Assembly (NCBI GenBank): GCA_904063045.1
Contig: CAJFCJ010000014.1
Span: forward strand, 1,733,643 to 1,797,642
Length of the DNA: 64,000 bases
Direction: 5' to 3'
DNA from: Dimorphilus gyrociliatus
Lineage: Eukaryota; Animalia; Annelida
Part shown: piece by piece, positions 1-10,972 of the stretch
Layout: the number at the start of each line of letters is the position of its first letter
Numbering within the stretch: the first letter of the stretch is position 1
Notes under the pieces: generated by a model
The model's input: the letters and a program-made list of their open reading frames with translations, nothing else
Told to the model about the DNA's origin: nothing
The model's database searches: none
Translations under genes and position numbers: made by a program

Positions 1-3000
1 GCTGGTCGATTTATTTCAAGTACAGAACAATTAGCTCTGGCTATACTTCATCCCAGAAAATTTTGCGTTTATGCCGTGTCAAAATCATCGGGTAACAATG
101 ATCGGCTCTGTCACTATCAGTTGAAAATAGCTTACGAACACAATTTAAAGAGAACGTCTTTTAATTTCTGCTATGGACCATTCGGAGGTAAATTAGTTTA
201 TTTGATTTGATTAATAACTAAATAACATTGGATATATTTGAATATAGGCGTAAAAAACAAGGATTTAGTTTGCATTCAATCGCTCGATGGAAGTATCAGT
301 ATTTTGGAACAAGACGCTTTTTCATTTACTAGACATCTACCTGGTGCCTTACTTCCTGGACCTTTCAGTTACGTGCCAAGTACAGATTCTTTTGTCACAG
401 TATCTTCAAATAGATACTTGGAAAGTTATAAGTATCAAATTCTGGCTGTAGCTGCAGATTCTAAGGAGGATTCAAAATCTGGCAAAAAAGTGGCTGTACG
501 TAAACTCTAGCCTTCAATAATAATACTATTCCAAGTGATCTTATTACTGAATATATATTATTATTTTTTATTAGAGTGACTGGTCTTTAAATATAGGCGA
601 ACAAGCGGTAGAAATTTGTGTAATGCATACCTCAACTGGCTATATGATACTCGTAGCCACGGAAAGGAGTATATTTTGCGTAAAGGAGAATGGAAAAGTG
701 ATCTGGCAGAAAAAGTTGGATTTAGTACCTTCTGCTTGTACTCCGTTCTTTGCGCCATCTTCCGAAAATATTCGATATATCTTATCTGTTCATTCCTCAG
801 AGAATTTGTTTATTTACGATAAAACAATTATGATATGGGCTGCTCAAATTCACATAGAACCTGTTGCTATAAAAGTAATACGAGAGGGTGAAATGAAAGG
901 TGGAATAGTTGTATTAAGCGAAAATGGAAATATTCAAGTTCTCTACTTGGGAACGGATCCCGAACTGATGGCTCCTCCAAGCATGTCCCAAAATCGAGAT
1001 ATGGATTATGCTGCAATGGATAGGGAACTGAAGCAGTTACAAAGTATTATCAAAAGTAAAAGTTCTTCTGCTGGAGGTAGGAATGATAGCTTTATACTGT
1101 ATAATTAATATCTGTATGAAAATTACATAAAATTCTTCTATACTCTTTTCCTAAAAAAAGTTGTCCTCCCAACAAAAAGAGCTGAAGATGAATTGGAATT
1201 TATATGTCAGCCTGAACCTCAGCTAGATTCTCCTTCTGTAAGTATCTCAAACATCTTTTTCACTACCAAATAATAATGGTTTTTAAGACTAACACTAACA
1301 ATGATAAATATAATCTAGAAAGGGAAAGTTCTTTCCCCTGACATTCCTCAGTGTTTAGAACAGTACTGCATTGATGTAAGGAGCAAAGCTAAAAACTTAT
1401 CTATGCTTTTTTTCTTGAAAATTCACTATTAGCTTTCAAATTTGGAAAAGCGTGAGTTCTACGATTGGAACGATCCTATTTTAGAGACTTTAAAGATTGA
1501 TGATTTTAAAATAACAATAATTACTCACAAGGCACGTTTTGATCTTAGATTTCCAGTTAAAAATCGAAATAGACTAAGAAATTATTCATGGTCATACTAC
1601 AAAAAAATCCATAAGATTTTTACTGGGAAATAGACATTTTTTTGCACGAATGATTTGAATTTTCATTCCTCCGACAGCTCCTTTCGACTATTAATGATGG
1701 TTTACTAATCATAATTTAACTTAACAGATAGCCTCCAGTGAGATAAAAGAAGATGTTCCCTCCCTAACCTATAAAGTAACGATTAAGTGCAAAGCTGCAT
1801 TAAATGATGTGGCTCTATCCATCCACATCCCAGCTCCTTTTGCCACACCCACAACTCTTATTAATATCCCTCACATTGACGCTTCGAAACCGTATGAACA
1901 TTCCTTCCCAATTTTTATGAAATGGAATATGGCTCCTTCTAATTTGAGTTTGAGTACCTCGATTAGATTCAATACGTCACAAGGATCACCATACACTGCC
2001 ACGGCAACATCGAAAATTCCTCTTCGACTTTTTGCTCAAAATGCAATACCGATGAAAGCTAACGAGCACAAAATCACACTCAACTCAAATACGGATGCTG
2101 TTGATTTAGCTAAATTGTTTCCTGATATTCTCGCAACTTCACAAACTGAACCTCTGGCAGCTATTGGACTTCAAGTTTTTGGTTTCAAGGAAGTTGTTAC
2201 AATTTTAGCATCTACTAGTAAACGTTATAGAGTTCAAAGTGATAACTTTACATTAGTATTTGGAGTCGTCGATGAATTAGTATCGAGATTAAAAGCCTAC
2301 CATACACGACTAGGACAATATCATTTCATTTTAAGTTTTGACTCCCAGCTACCTTTAACAGAATACTTTGCTGCAATTGACGCCCACTTCGATCTACGAC
2401 AAAAAGAGAATGAACTCTCGTAATATAAATTATTTATCCTCTTTATTATTGATAAATGTATACTTATATATGACTTATCTCTACAGAAAAACTTTAGGAG
2501 AGAAGACTGGTCAGTTAAGAGCCGTTCAGAGACGGTTATTAACAAGATTTAAGGATAAAACTCCATCTCCTCTAAATAATTTGGATACACTTTTAGATTC
2601 AACATACAAACAGGTAATATTCTATTTTCAGCAATTGGCAACTTTTAGAAACCATCTCTTTCATTTTTTTTAGATTTTAGCACTTGCAGACTCTATTGAA
2701 AGGAATAGAACTTTACTTTTAAAATGTTCATGTGATCTTGAAGCTTGTACAAGAATATTTTGCCTTCTACTAAAACTGTGGACTCAAACAAATATGGATG
2801 ATTTGGAATATGGAATTTTAGAAAGCGTTTTATGGCCAAACGGATGCTCATCCCTTTCGTTAACTCAGGGTTGGCATGAACAAGTTGATGCTACTATAAC
2901 CTTCTTATTAAGGACTAGTTTGGCTAAATCGTCGAAAGATGCAACTTTAAATCCTCAACCGTTGCAGATATTAACTGATACAGTTAAATTGAAGAAACAT

Positions 3001-3422
3001 TTGGCCTTGTTAATCGATAGATTGTCGAAAGGTGGCAAAATGATGATGGAGGGAATCAAGGAGTCTCATCTGGTGGGAAATAATGAAAAGAAGAAAGTAG
3101 AAATCAAAAAAGCAGAACCAATAGCAAAGCCGCGTCCACAGCATAGACCAGTACCAATGCCGTCGAACACTAGTTCAACAGCGATAAGTGAGGAGCCACT
3201 TCCCGAGGAAGAAGAAGTAGCAGTTAGGAAATTTTCTAAGAGAGAGGAACCTACTCCTAAAGTTACTTTACCCTCACTAGATGACCTTCCTCCATTAAGA
3301 GGTAGATACTTTAAATATGAAATAAAAAACATGATTATATTCAAATACTTTAATGCATAGGTGGTACTGCAAGAGAAGGAAAAACAACTGAGGATGTTCC
3401 TGATTTGGACGACTTAGCATGA
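1..3422 (+). CDS. BBS9: Bardet-Biedl syndrome 9 / PTHB1, BBSome subunit (5'-partial, multi-exon)
   Basis: Spliced exons read LALAILHPRK..YEHNL.RTSFNFCYGPFGG|VKNKDLVCIQSLDG..LPGALLPGP..YVPSTDSFVTVSS, LYLGTDP, YRVQSD, QLRAVQRRLLTRFKDKTPSPLNNLDTLLDSTY, GWHEQVDATITFLLRTSLAKSSKD. Last exon (3361-3422) ends ...PDLDDLA-TGA. Confidence 0.95.
1319..1375 (+). other. BBS9: Candidate 57-nt in-frame cassette exon of BBS9 (KGKVLSPDIPQCLEQYCID)
   Basis: AG at 1317-1318, GTAAGG donor at 1376, phase 0-0 matching the flanking exons (donor 1238, acceptor 1727), open frame, tandem ACTAAC at 1288-1299. Confidence 0.5.
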
Positions 3423-4000
3423 GAAATCTTATTTTAATTGATATTTTCTGTTAACATCGGAAACTTTTACAAGCTATTATCACTATTAACAGAAATTCTA
3501 ATGTTTTACTGTTCATTTATGTTAGTTGGAAAAAGTTGGGTTGCTCTACTGCAGTAAAAATTTCTTATTGTTCATTACCAAGTCTAAGCAAATATTGTAA
3601 AAATTAAGTTGATTTATAAGTAACTGCTCTTTCACCTTTGATTTTTATTAAACAATAGCTTGGTTAATTTTATCATTATAATAATTAGCAATTACACATA
3701 TTTCAAAACTTTATTAGCTTTTCGCAGATTTCATTTCGTACAATTTATATATATTAGTATACAGTATGTACTCGAATGCACATCTGAATTATAATCAATT
3801 ACTCCTACTAAACCATGGTTATTATAAAGTAAATTAGGCTGGAAACCAAAGTTATATCTGAGGTTAATCAAGGCACTGCAAAAACTTATCGGATAGATTT
3901 TTATTAATTTAGAAACGCAAGTCCTACAATTTTTAACAAAAAATGCGTTACTTTGGGTCATACAAAGAAATAATTTCGTTTTCGCTCTTAATAAAGTTCT

Positions 4001-6773
4001 CTACATGTGCTCAGGATGATCTCTCAAACAATCTATAAATCTAGTTGGCGACAGGTCACCCACACATATGTAATGAACAGCCGTAAAAATAGGAAATCTG
4101 AAAATTATATTGTTTAAATTAAGTTGTTTGAAAGGTATCTTTAAGTATACCTATTCTCAAGATTATTCTTTCTGAGCATATGATTAACTTCTGCAGCTGT
4201 TATTGGACCTTGTAGACTTTGTCCATCTAACATTTCTATTTCAATTTCTTTGAGGCTCTGTTCATTAAAGCAATAAATTGTTGTTAGAATAGAGTCTATG
4301 GATAGTGGAATGGTTTGAGAGGAACCTTTTTCGGATATTGCCGAACATATGCCTCCGCACAACGTCTGTTTCTTCCACTATAACAGGTTGTAACAAGATC
4401 AGCTATTCCACAGCTTTCCAAAAACGTCTCAATTTTCGATTCTATTTATAAAAGTTCGTTAATAAGATTATGTTTTAGGTAAAACAGTATTAAAAATATC
4501 TATTTTCAGCCGTGCAAAATTAGAATATATAGATGAAATATAGTTATTTATATTTTACTATTTGTCATCAACCTAGATTAAGTCATTTGAATATGTTGAG
4601 TTAATCAATGAATTAGAATATTTAATAATTAGATCATAGTTTTAACATTAGCTGAGAAGGTATCAAATTAAATTGGTAATCTCAGTTTTAGTTACCGTAA
4701 TTTTTCTATAAGCAAATTAATACTAGAGGATTGATGAAAATACCCCTGATTGCAATGTTTTATCCAATTCTTATCTTAATAAGTAATAGTTTAAAATCGA
4801 TTGCGAAAACATCGAGCAAGATAGTTTAGGTATTCAAAAACAAAACGTACGCCCAAAAAATTCTTCAATGAATTTAACCATTTCCATTAATCCCAAACGG
4901 ATTACTGCTGCTTTTGTGTTATCTCCAAAGCCTAAACCTTCGGTAAATCCAGCACCAACTGCTACAATATTCTGTTGTGGGAAAACAAAAGAAAAAAACA
5001 GCAGAATAAACTGAATCTAACAATTCTACGCTAACATTTGGCACCATTCAACTGAAAAAGAAAATTGATCTCTTTTTAAAAAAAGCAAGATTTTACAATA
5101 GGTCATGCATTAGTTAGTACCACAATATTTGGGATAACTAGTTTTAAAAGTAGCAGTTGGTATTCAAAGATTCTGAAAAATGTCATTAATTTGGATAAGT
5201 CTATCTGAATTTTCTAGCTCTAAAGATTTTTCATCCTACTATTTATACAAATAGATATTGAAATAGATGAAAATATATCGAGAAATTTTTATGATAAGAT
5301 GTTACTCTCTTTAGGATAATTGACTAATGCACGGCTAAAAATAGCTTAAGAGTCCAAATAATTACGATTGTCAAGTAGAAGGTAGCATAGTCCCCGAATC
5401 TCGGCAAACCCTAAACGAACTACAGCGGCTTTTGTATTTGCAATCATGTCTAGAGCATCAGCTATTCCCGCGGCAATTTCCATTACGTCCTGCACTAATT
5501 TACTCGTTAAATGGTGCCAATAGAAGTATATTACAAGTGAAATACATGAACTTAAACATGAAAAAAAACGCATAAATAAATTTCGTTAGCTTGACATAGT
5601 CTGTTAACAATTAGATGTTACATGGCTAATTAAGTAAAAGTAACTATTATCTGTTTAATTACCAAATTTGAAGATTTAGTTAAGCGTTTATGATTAAATA
5701 GAAGTTACTGAAGAAGTTTTAAATTGGTAATGTTTACATAGGCCGTTAAGTATACACTATTTCCTATTGTATTAGACCTCAATAAAAGACATACACAACT
5801 ACTGAATACAGTTAATTCTATTAAGTATTTAACCTTCCCTAGAAAACAAAAACATTGTATTTTTTTTTAAAGAAAAGTTACTTGAGCAATATGTTAGAAT
5901 GTAAATTTATATGGTCGAGTATATTAAACATGGAGACCTGTTAATGATAAAAACAAATACCTCACCTTTAGAGCTCCGCAGAGCTCTACAGTTGCTTCGT
6001 CTTCCACAACTACTATTCTAAAGTAGGGAGTTTGCATTAAATCTTTGAAAGTATTACCTATATCCTTATCTTTGCAACCTATGAAATATGATTAATAGTA
6101 AAAAAAACTATCTTATGAAGCTATCTATGTTATAATAATTAAACAGTACCAATTGTTGCTTCACAATAATTCTCTCTAGCAACCTCGGAAGCAATATTAG
6201 CTCCCATTAAAACGGCGCAAGGTATAGACAGTTCTCGGCGAATCATATTCGAAATCAAATCTAATCCAGCTTCAGTAATGTCCAATCCCTTCAATAACAA
6301 CTTGAGTAAATAAAAAAACTAAAGAACAATTTTAAAAAACCTTAATTAAGGTAATTCCCACAGCACTTTCCTTTACTTTTCCTTTTAGTGTCTTACAAAT
6401 ATTTTTCATAAATTGGTGAGGGAGTACAAAAACCAATACGTCTGCATCAGATGCTGCTTCGATGACATCGGGAATAGCGACAACATTTGCAGGAACTTTA
6501 TGTCCGGGCAAATACTTGGTATTCTCATGGTCAGTATTAATAATTTCGGTTAATTTTCGTCCTTCAACCATCTCTTCAAAAACATACATTGACACAGAAG
6601 TCTCAAAATCCTTTGTGTTTTGAACATTATTTCCAATTATTTTGGCAATGACCATACCCCTATAAAAATATATATCTATATATGTATGTACAAACAAATA
6701 AATACAGCTGTGGCTAGAACAATTTTTTTTACCAATTTCCAGATCCAACTATGCATACTTTTTTTGGAGACAT
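4001..6773 (-). CDS. GPD1: NAD-dependent cytosolic glycerol-3-phosphate dehydrogenase (GPD1/GPD1L family), 350 aa with exon A
   Basis: Exons 6773-6733, 6659-6341, 6288-6150, 6078-5966, [4971-4851 or 5489-5366], 4441-4326, 4257-4151, 4097-4001, all GT-AG and in phase. Motifs [79 protein letters not shown]. Confidence 0.97.
4500..4516 (-). promoter_or_regulatory. Putative splicing docking site (pairs with 5328-5344)
   Basis: Plus-strand CTATTTTCAGCCGTGCA is the reverse complement of 5328-5344 apart from one position that forms G.U in the minus-strand transcript. Confidence 0.7.
4851..4971 (-). other. GPD1: GPD1 mutually exclusive exon A (canonical; [40 protein letters not shown])
   Basis: 121 nt, cag acceptor, gtacgt donor, phase 0 to phase 1; close to the canonical GPD1 sequence. 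Confidence 0.95.
5328..5344 (-). promoter_or_regulatory. Putative selector sequence downstream of GPD1 exon B
   Basis: Plus-strand TGCACGGCTAAAAATAG begins 21 nt after the exon B donor and forms 17 contiguous pairs with 4500-4516. Confidence 0.7.
5366..5489 (-). other. GPD1: GPD1 mutually exclusive exon B (divergent; [41 protein letters not shown])
   Basis: 124 nt, gcag acceptor, gtaatt donor, same phases (0 to 1) as exon A, open frame, homologous NTKAAV.RLG core. Confidence 0.85.
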
Positions 6774-7206
6774 TTTTCGATCGGTTTTTTGCCAATATTA
6801 TAAGTATATTAAACGGAATGAAAATGCTATCGTGAGAGTCTGGAACTAGCAGGAAAAACAGAAGAAGAATATTAGAGGGGTAACATTCGACCTCGAACAA
6901 TCTTCGTCCTTCACCTCTAAAGTTGCGTTCCACAACTAATTTATTATTCTAAAATGGCTGACATATGAGAAAAACTAGGAAGCCATTATTTTCAAATAAA
7001 TATTTTTCTTGGAATATGTACACGTATTGTGTTGTACTTTGTCCCATATTTGCGCGAATCATTTAAATATGTTCAAATTCCATTTTATTTACATAAATAA
7101 GAAAAATTATTGCTGAAAATTTAGGCATATATACTATTTAAATTATCTACTCATAATACCATAAAGAGGGATAAACATATATTTTATAAAAATATAGACT
7201 CTAAAT

Positions 7207-8230
7207 TTATAAATCAATCTTCCAAACTGAAACATTCCTTTCGTCCCCTTTCGTATAATATTCTTCACCGATGCTTGCATAAGCCGGATCATCAGTTTCC
7301 CTGCCATTTTCCTTATTACTAACAACCATTTCTATAAGTCTCATAAAATTCAAGTCACCAGTTTGCCTAATATGTTTATAAATATGTAAACTTTCTTCAG
7401 CTATTTCTGCAGCTAAGTGTGCTGTTTCAATAAGAAGCATTTGTTCTACTATTAACAATATAGACTTTTCCTCCAAAGGATGCTTTGGTTGTTTGTAGAA
7501 CGGAGGTGTAATAGTTCTATGAACGGGAATATGACTATTTAGGATATCATCTATTATGACTTCCGTTAATTTCCGTATGAAGAAATAATCGTTCATTTGC
7601 CAAGATTTATATGATTGTGGACCTAATTCACCATTATAGGGGAGAGTAAGCATCCATTTCCTGTGCTGATATTCCATTCTATTTCTTTCATATTGTTGCT
7701 TATAAGGTATTAAATCTTTACTATCGCTAATCTTCGCCTGATATTATAAATAAAAAGAAATAACATTATTTATTAACAATAATATTAATGTAACATTCCA
7801 GTAATTACCAAAGGTAGGCCATAATATCCTAATTTCACATTACTAATTGGGATATTTCCAGTCTGATTACTAAATTTTCGATTTTCATCAACCCACTCCT
7901 CTTCAAGAGCTAACCTTTCCTCTTCTAATTTCTTCTTTACAGTTTTATAGTTTTCCAGTAGCAAATCACGTTCATACTCAATATTTTTTCTAGTAGTCAT
8001 TTTAAAGTATTTCTCTCTTATCAAAAGTTCAGTTAATTCTAAAAATACAGGCCTAATCCTGTTATATAATAAGAACTATTAATTATACATCTATTAATAA
8101 ATTTATTAATTCAGCTTTTAATAGAAAAAAGGCTTTCTTTATTCTCAGTATATTTATATTGAATCGGACTATTTTTCTTTTTTGCGAATTAATACAGTTT
8201 CCACCAATCACAGAAAATCCAATACTGTAC
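7207..8230 (-). CDS. Hypothetical protein (~300 aa, coiled-coil segment); 5' end uncertain
   Basis: ORFs 7785-8024 and 7207-7677 join in phase 0 (CCTTTG|gtaatt ... atcag|GCGAAG). A further upstream exon (YWIFCDWWK|LIRPVFLEL) is plausible. No family recognised. Confidence 0.6.
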
Positions 8231-8834
8231 TGCAACTATTGTCAATATAAAAAATCTGCAGGCCTATTATGAATCAATATCTCTAAAGTATTGATAATTA
8301 ATATAGCATGTGATTTCGAAATAATGTAAAAGTGTATATCAAATATTTGAATATGAAGTTTTATTGAAATAAATTCAATGGAAATTGAATAAAGAATGTA
8401 AATTAGATAAAAAAATTAATGTCTATAATGAATTGATTGATATCTAATCATAATGGATTGAATCAAATATTGAAATTTTCGCTTACTACAAGACAAAAAA
8501 ATTGAAAATATTCAATTGAAAGAAATTCCTAAAAGTGATGTATCGATTAGCTTTTGAACACAAAAAGCTGTAAATAGTAGTGTGTTTATAATAGATAATT
8601 TATAAAAGGGGCCAAAACGTTAATAATACCACTAAAGAACATGTCTCAGTATTGTTTAGAAGTTTTTAAATAAATATCTATATTTTACAAACATTCTATT
8701 TTCATAGATAAAAAATCTGACTTATTTCATAAGCATAATGATAAATACATAAACAATCGCACCATAACGACCTTGTTGCTTGGCAATTTGGGCTTCCTCT
8801 CATTCAGAATATCGTTTTACTACTGTAAAGAAAT

Positions 8835-10474
8835 ATGTATCGATTTAACGGTCCCAGTGATAAATCATCAAGTGATCTCTACGGTACTGATGAAGATGTA
8901 AATTACAATGAACCTGATCCAAAAGAAGCAAAACATGTTGTATTTGTTATTATTGGCAAGGGAAGGACACCAGAAGAAGAAGAGCTACAAGCTAAAGCAA
9001 CTAATCAGTACAAATTTTGAATTTTTTTTCTTTTCTCTCGTTTTACATCTCAATTAACTATATGAAAACAGAATAAAGAAAGCATTTAAGATACAAGATC
9101 CAGATAACTCATCCAAAGTTATCTTTATGCCCATAAACTGGACACTGGGCTTAAATTTAAGCCAAGGTTAATTTGATTATAGAATTATTTATTATTAAGT
9201 ATCTGTACAATAGAATGTTCGATTTTTTACTGTTACAGAAACAATGGAATCAATTAAACCGAGTTGTAGTCTTGATATGCAAAGAATGAGGAGAAATTTT
9301 GAAGACGCACTCTTCGATGTAGTCTTCTATGTTGCTCCAATATTCTTTGCAGAAGTCGGTATTTATTCAGAAGTTTTATCTACTCTTATTAAAAATATGA
9401 ATATGCAAATTATCAGATTCAATTGTCTTTAACTGAAGAATTAAGTAAAGCATGGAAAACACTCAGTGATAAAGGCTTTCAAGGTAAGGTGTCACTTATG
9501 GCTAATGGACTTGCTAGGTTTGTACATCTTAGATACTATGTTTTAAGTAAAAATGATAATTATCACTTTCTTCTAGTGTAATGGTTTATGACACAATTAC
9601 CGGAAATGATCCACCCAAAGCTGTTAATCCTGTCTATATTCCGGTACTTTATTAAATCAAGCTTTTTATAAATTATGAATGAATATTTTGTAGAGATCAT
9701 ACGATTCTGGAGAAGTTAACGAATTATTCCAAGAATTAGGAGAAGCTAGAGGCAGGTTAAGAAAATAGGGCATTAAGATGTACAGTACAATATATAGTTT
9801 TTGTATGCTCTTTCAGTGTTGGTGATGTAAAGGGTAGAATTTCTTCCTTTTGTGCTAAAAATCTCGATTTTTCGGTAACATTAAAACATATTTAGGTATT
9901 TATATCTGAAAGTTTAAAATTTCCAGATCGCAAATATCTTCCTACTTGGATCTCCAATTGGTATGTTTATGGCAATGAGGGGTATTCGAGCCGGTGAATT
10001 AAAACTACCCTACAATACAAAAGTATTCAACATCTACGATCAATCAGACATTTTTGTAAGTGGTTTCCTTTCTTAAATGTTTATCGATCAACTTTTAAGT
10101 TATACTTTTGACAAAAATATACAGGCTTATAGATTGGATCCATTGATAAGCCAAGAACCAACAGAAGCTATAACTTTACGTCAGAATACAGACTTTTTCG
10201 AGAGTTATCCTCAAGGTTATTTCTTATTTGTTAAAGATTTTAAACTTGTTTGACATCTCTAAATAAATCTTGATTTACAGGGTTTGACAATCGTCGAGAT
10301 TTCGTAATTGATGCTCCAAGTTTCAAATTTATAGGCCCAACTAAACCTCACATTGCATATTGGAAAAGTGAAGCTTTATCTCAGTTTTTACATACGGTAA
10401 GCAACAAGATAAATATACGCATGAACAAACAGTAACGCTATATTTTTATATTTTTATAGGTTTTGAGAAACTAA
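8835..10474 (+). CDS. DDHD-domain PA-phospholipase A1-like protein (DDHD1-like), probably catalytically dead; ~10 exons
   Basis: Spliced product has HVVFVIIGKG, VIFMPINW, DVVFYVAP, GKVSLMANGLASVMVYD, IFLLGSPIGMFMAMRG, FNIYDQSDIFAYRLDPL, HIAYW. These are colinear with DDHD1 HLVFVVHGIG, VEFLPVEW, DIMYYTSP, KVSIVSHSLGCVITYD, FCMGSPLAVFLALRG, NIFHPTDPVAYRLEPL, HTAYW. Stop TAA at 10472-10474. Confidence 0.85.
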
Positions 10475-10972
10475 AATGGAAAAGCTATACTTCATAAATT
10501 GACTTTCTCTTTAAAAATAAAAACTCCTTGTCTTACAAAAACTGTTAATTCTCTACTTTTCTACAGGTTCTTACATTTCAGATTGTTTATAACAAAACAA
10601 AAACAAAAACAATTGTGTTACTATTAACTATATTACTTAATGAACAAATACAATTAGAAAAAAATAGAGTTTAACTTTTGAGTCTTGATAAATAAATATG
10701 ACATAAATAAATTAAAAAACTCAATTTTTTAGATGTTTATAGTCTGATACATTATATTCTCGAAAGCTAGTCTATTTAGAGAGATATTTTATAAAGAAAT
10801 TTAAAAAAAAAACACCACGCGTTTTGGAGTGAATCGTAAACAGTCGAAGTAAAGGAATCGTTTACGATTCCTCAACATCACATGCTTTGTAATGGCGGCT
10901 ATACGATTTCTTATTAGTAAATAAACCACCGAACTGTGATGTTCGAAGATTTTTTGCAATAAATCAGCAGTA

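Noticed and set aside
1442-1633. 63-aa ORF in the BBS9 intron
   Set aside because: No suitable splice sites in phase and no homology; likely non-coding.
9484-9489. Alternative donor GTAAGG that would remove the degenerate lipase elbow
   Set aside because: Splicing to 9577 gives GTG TAA (immediate stop); read-through to the phase-2 donor keeps frame and homology.
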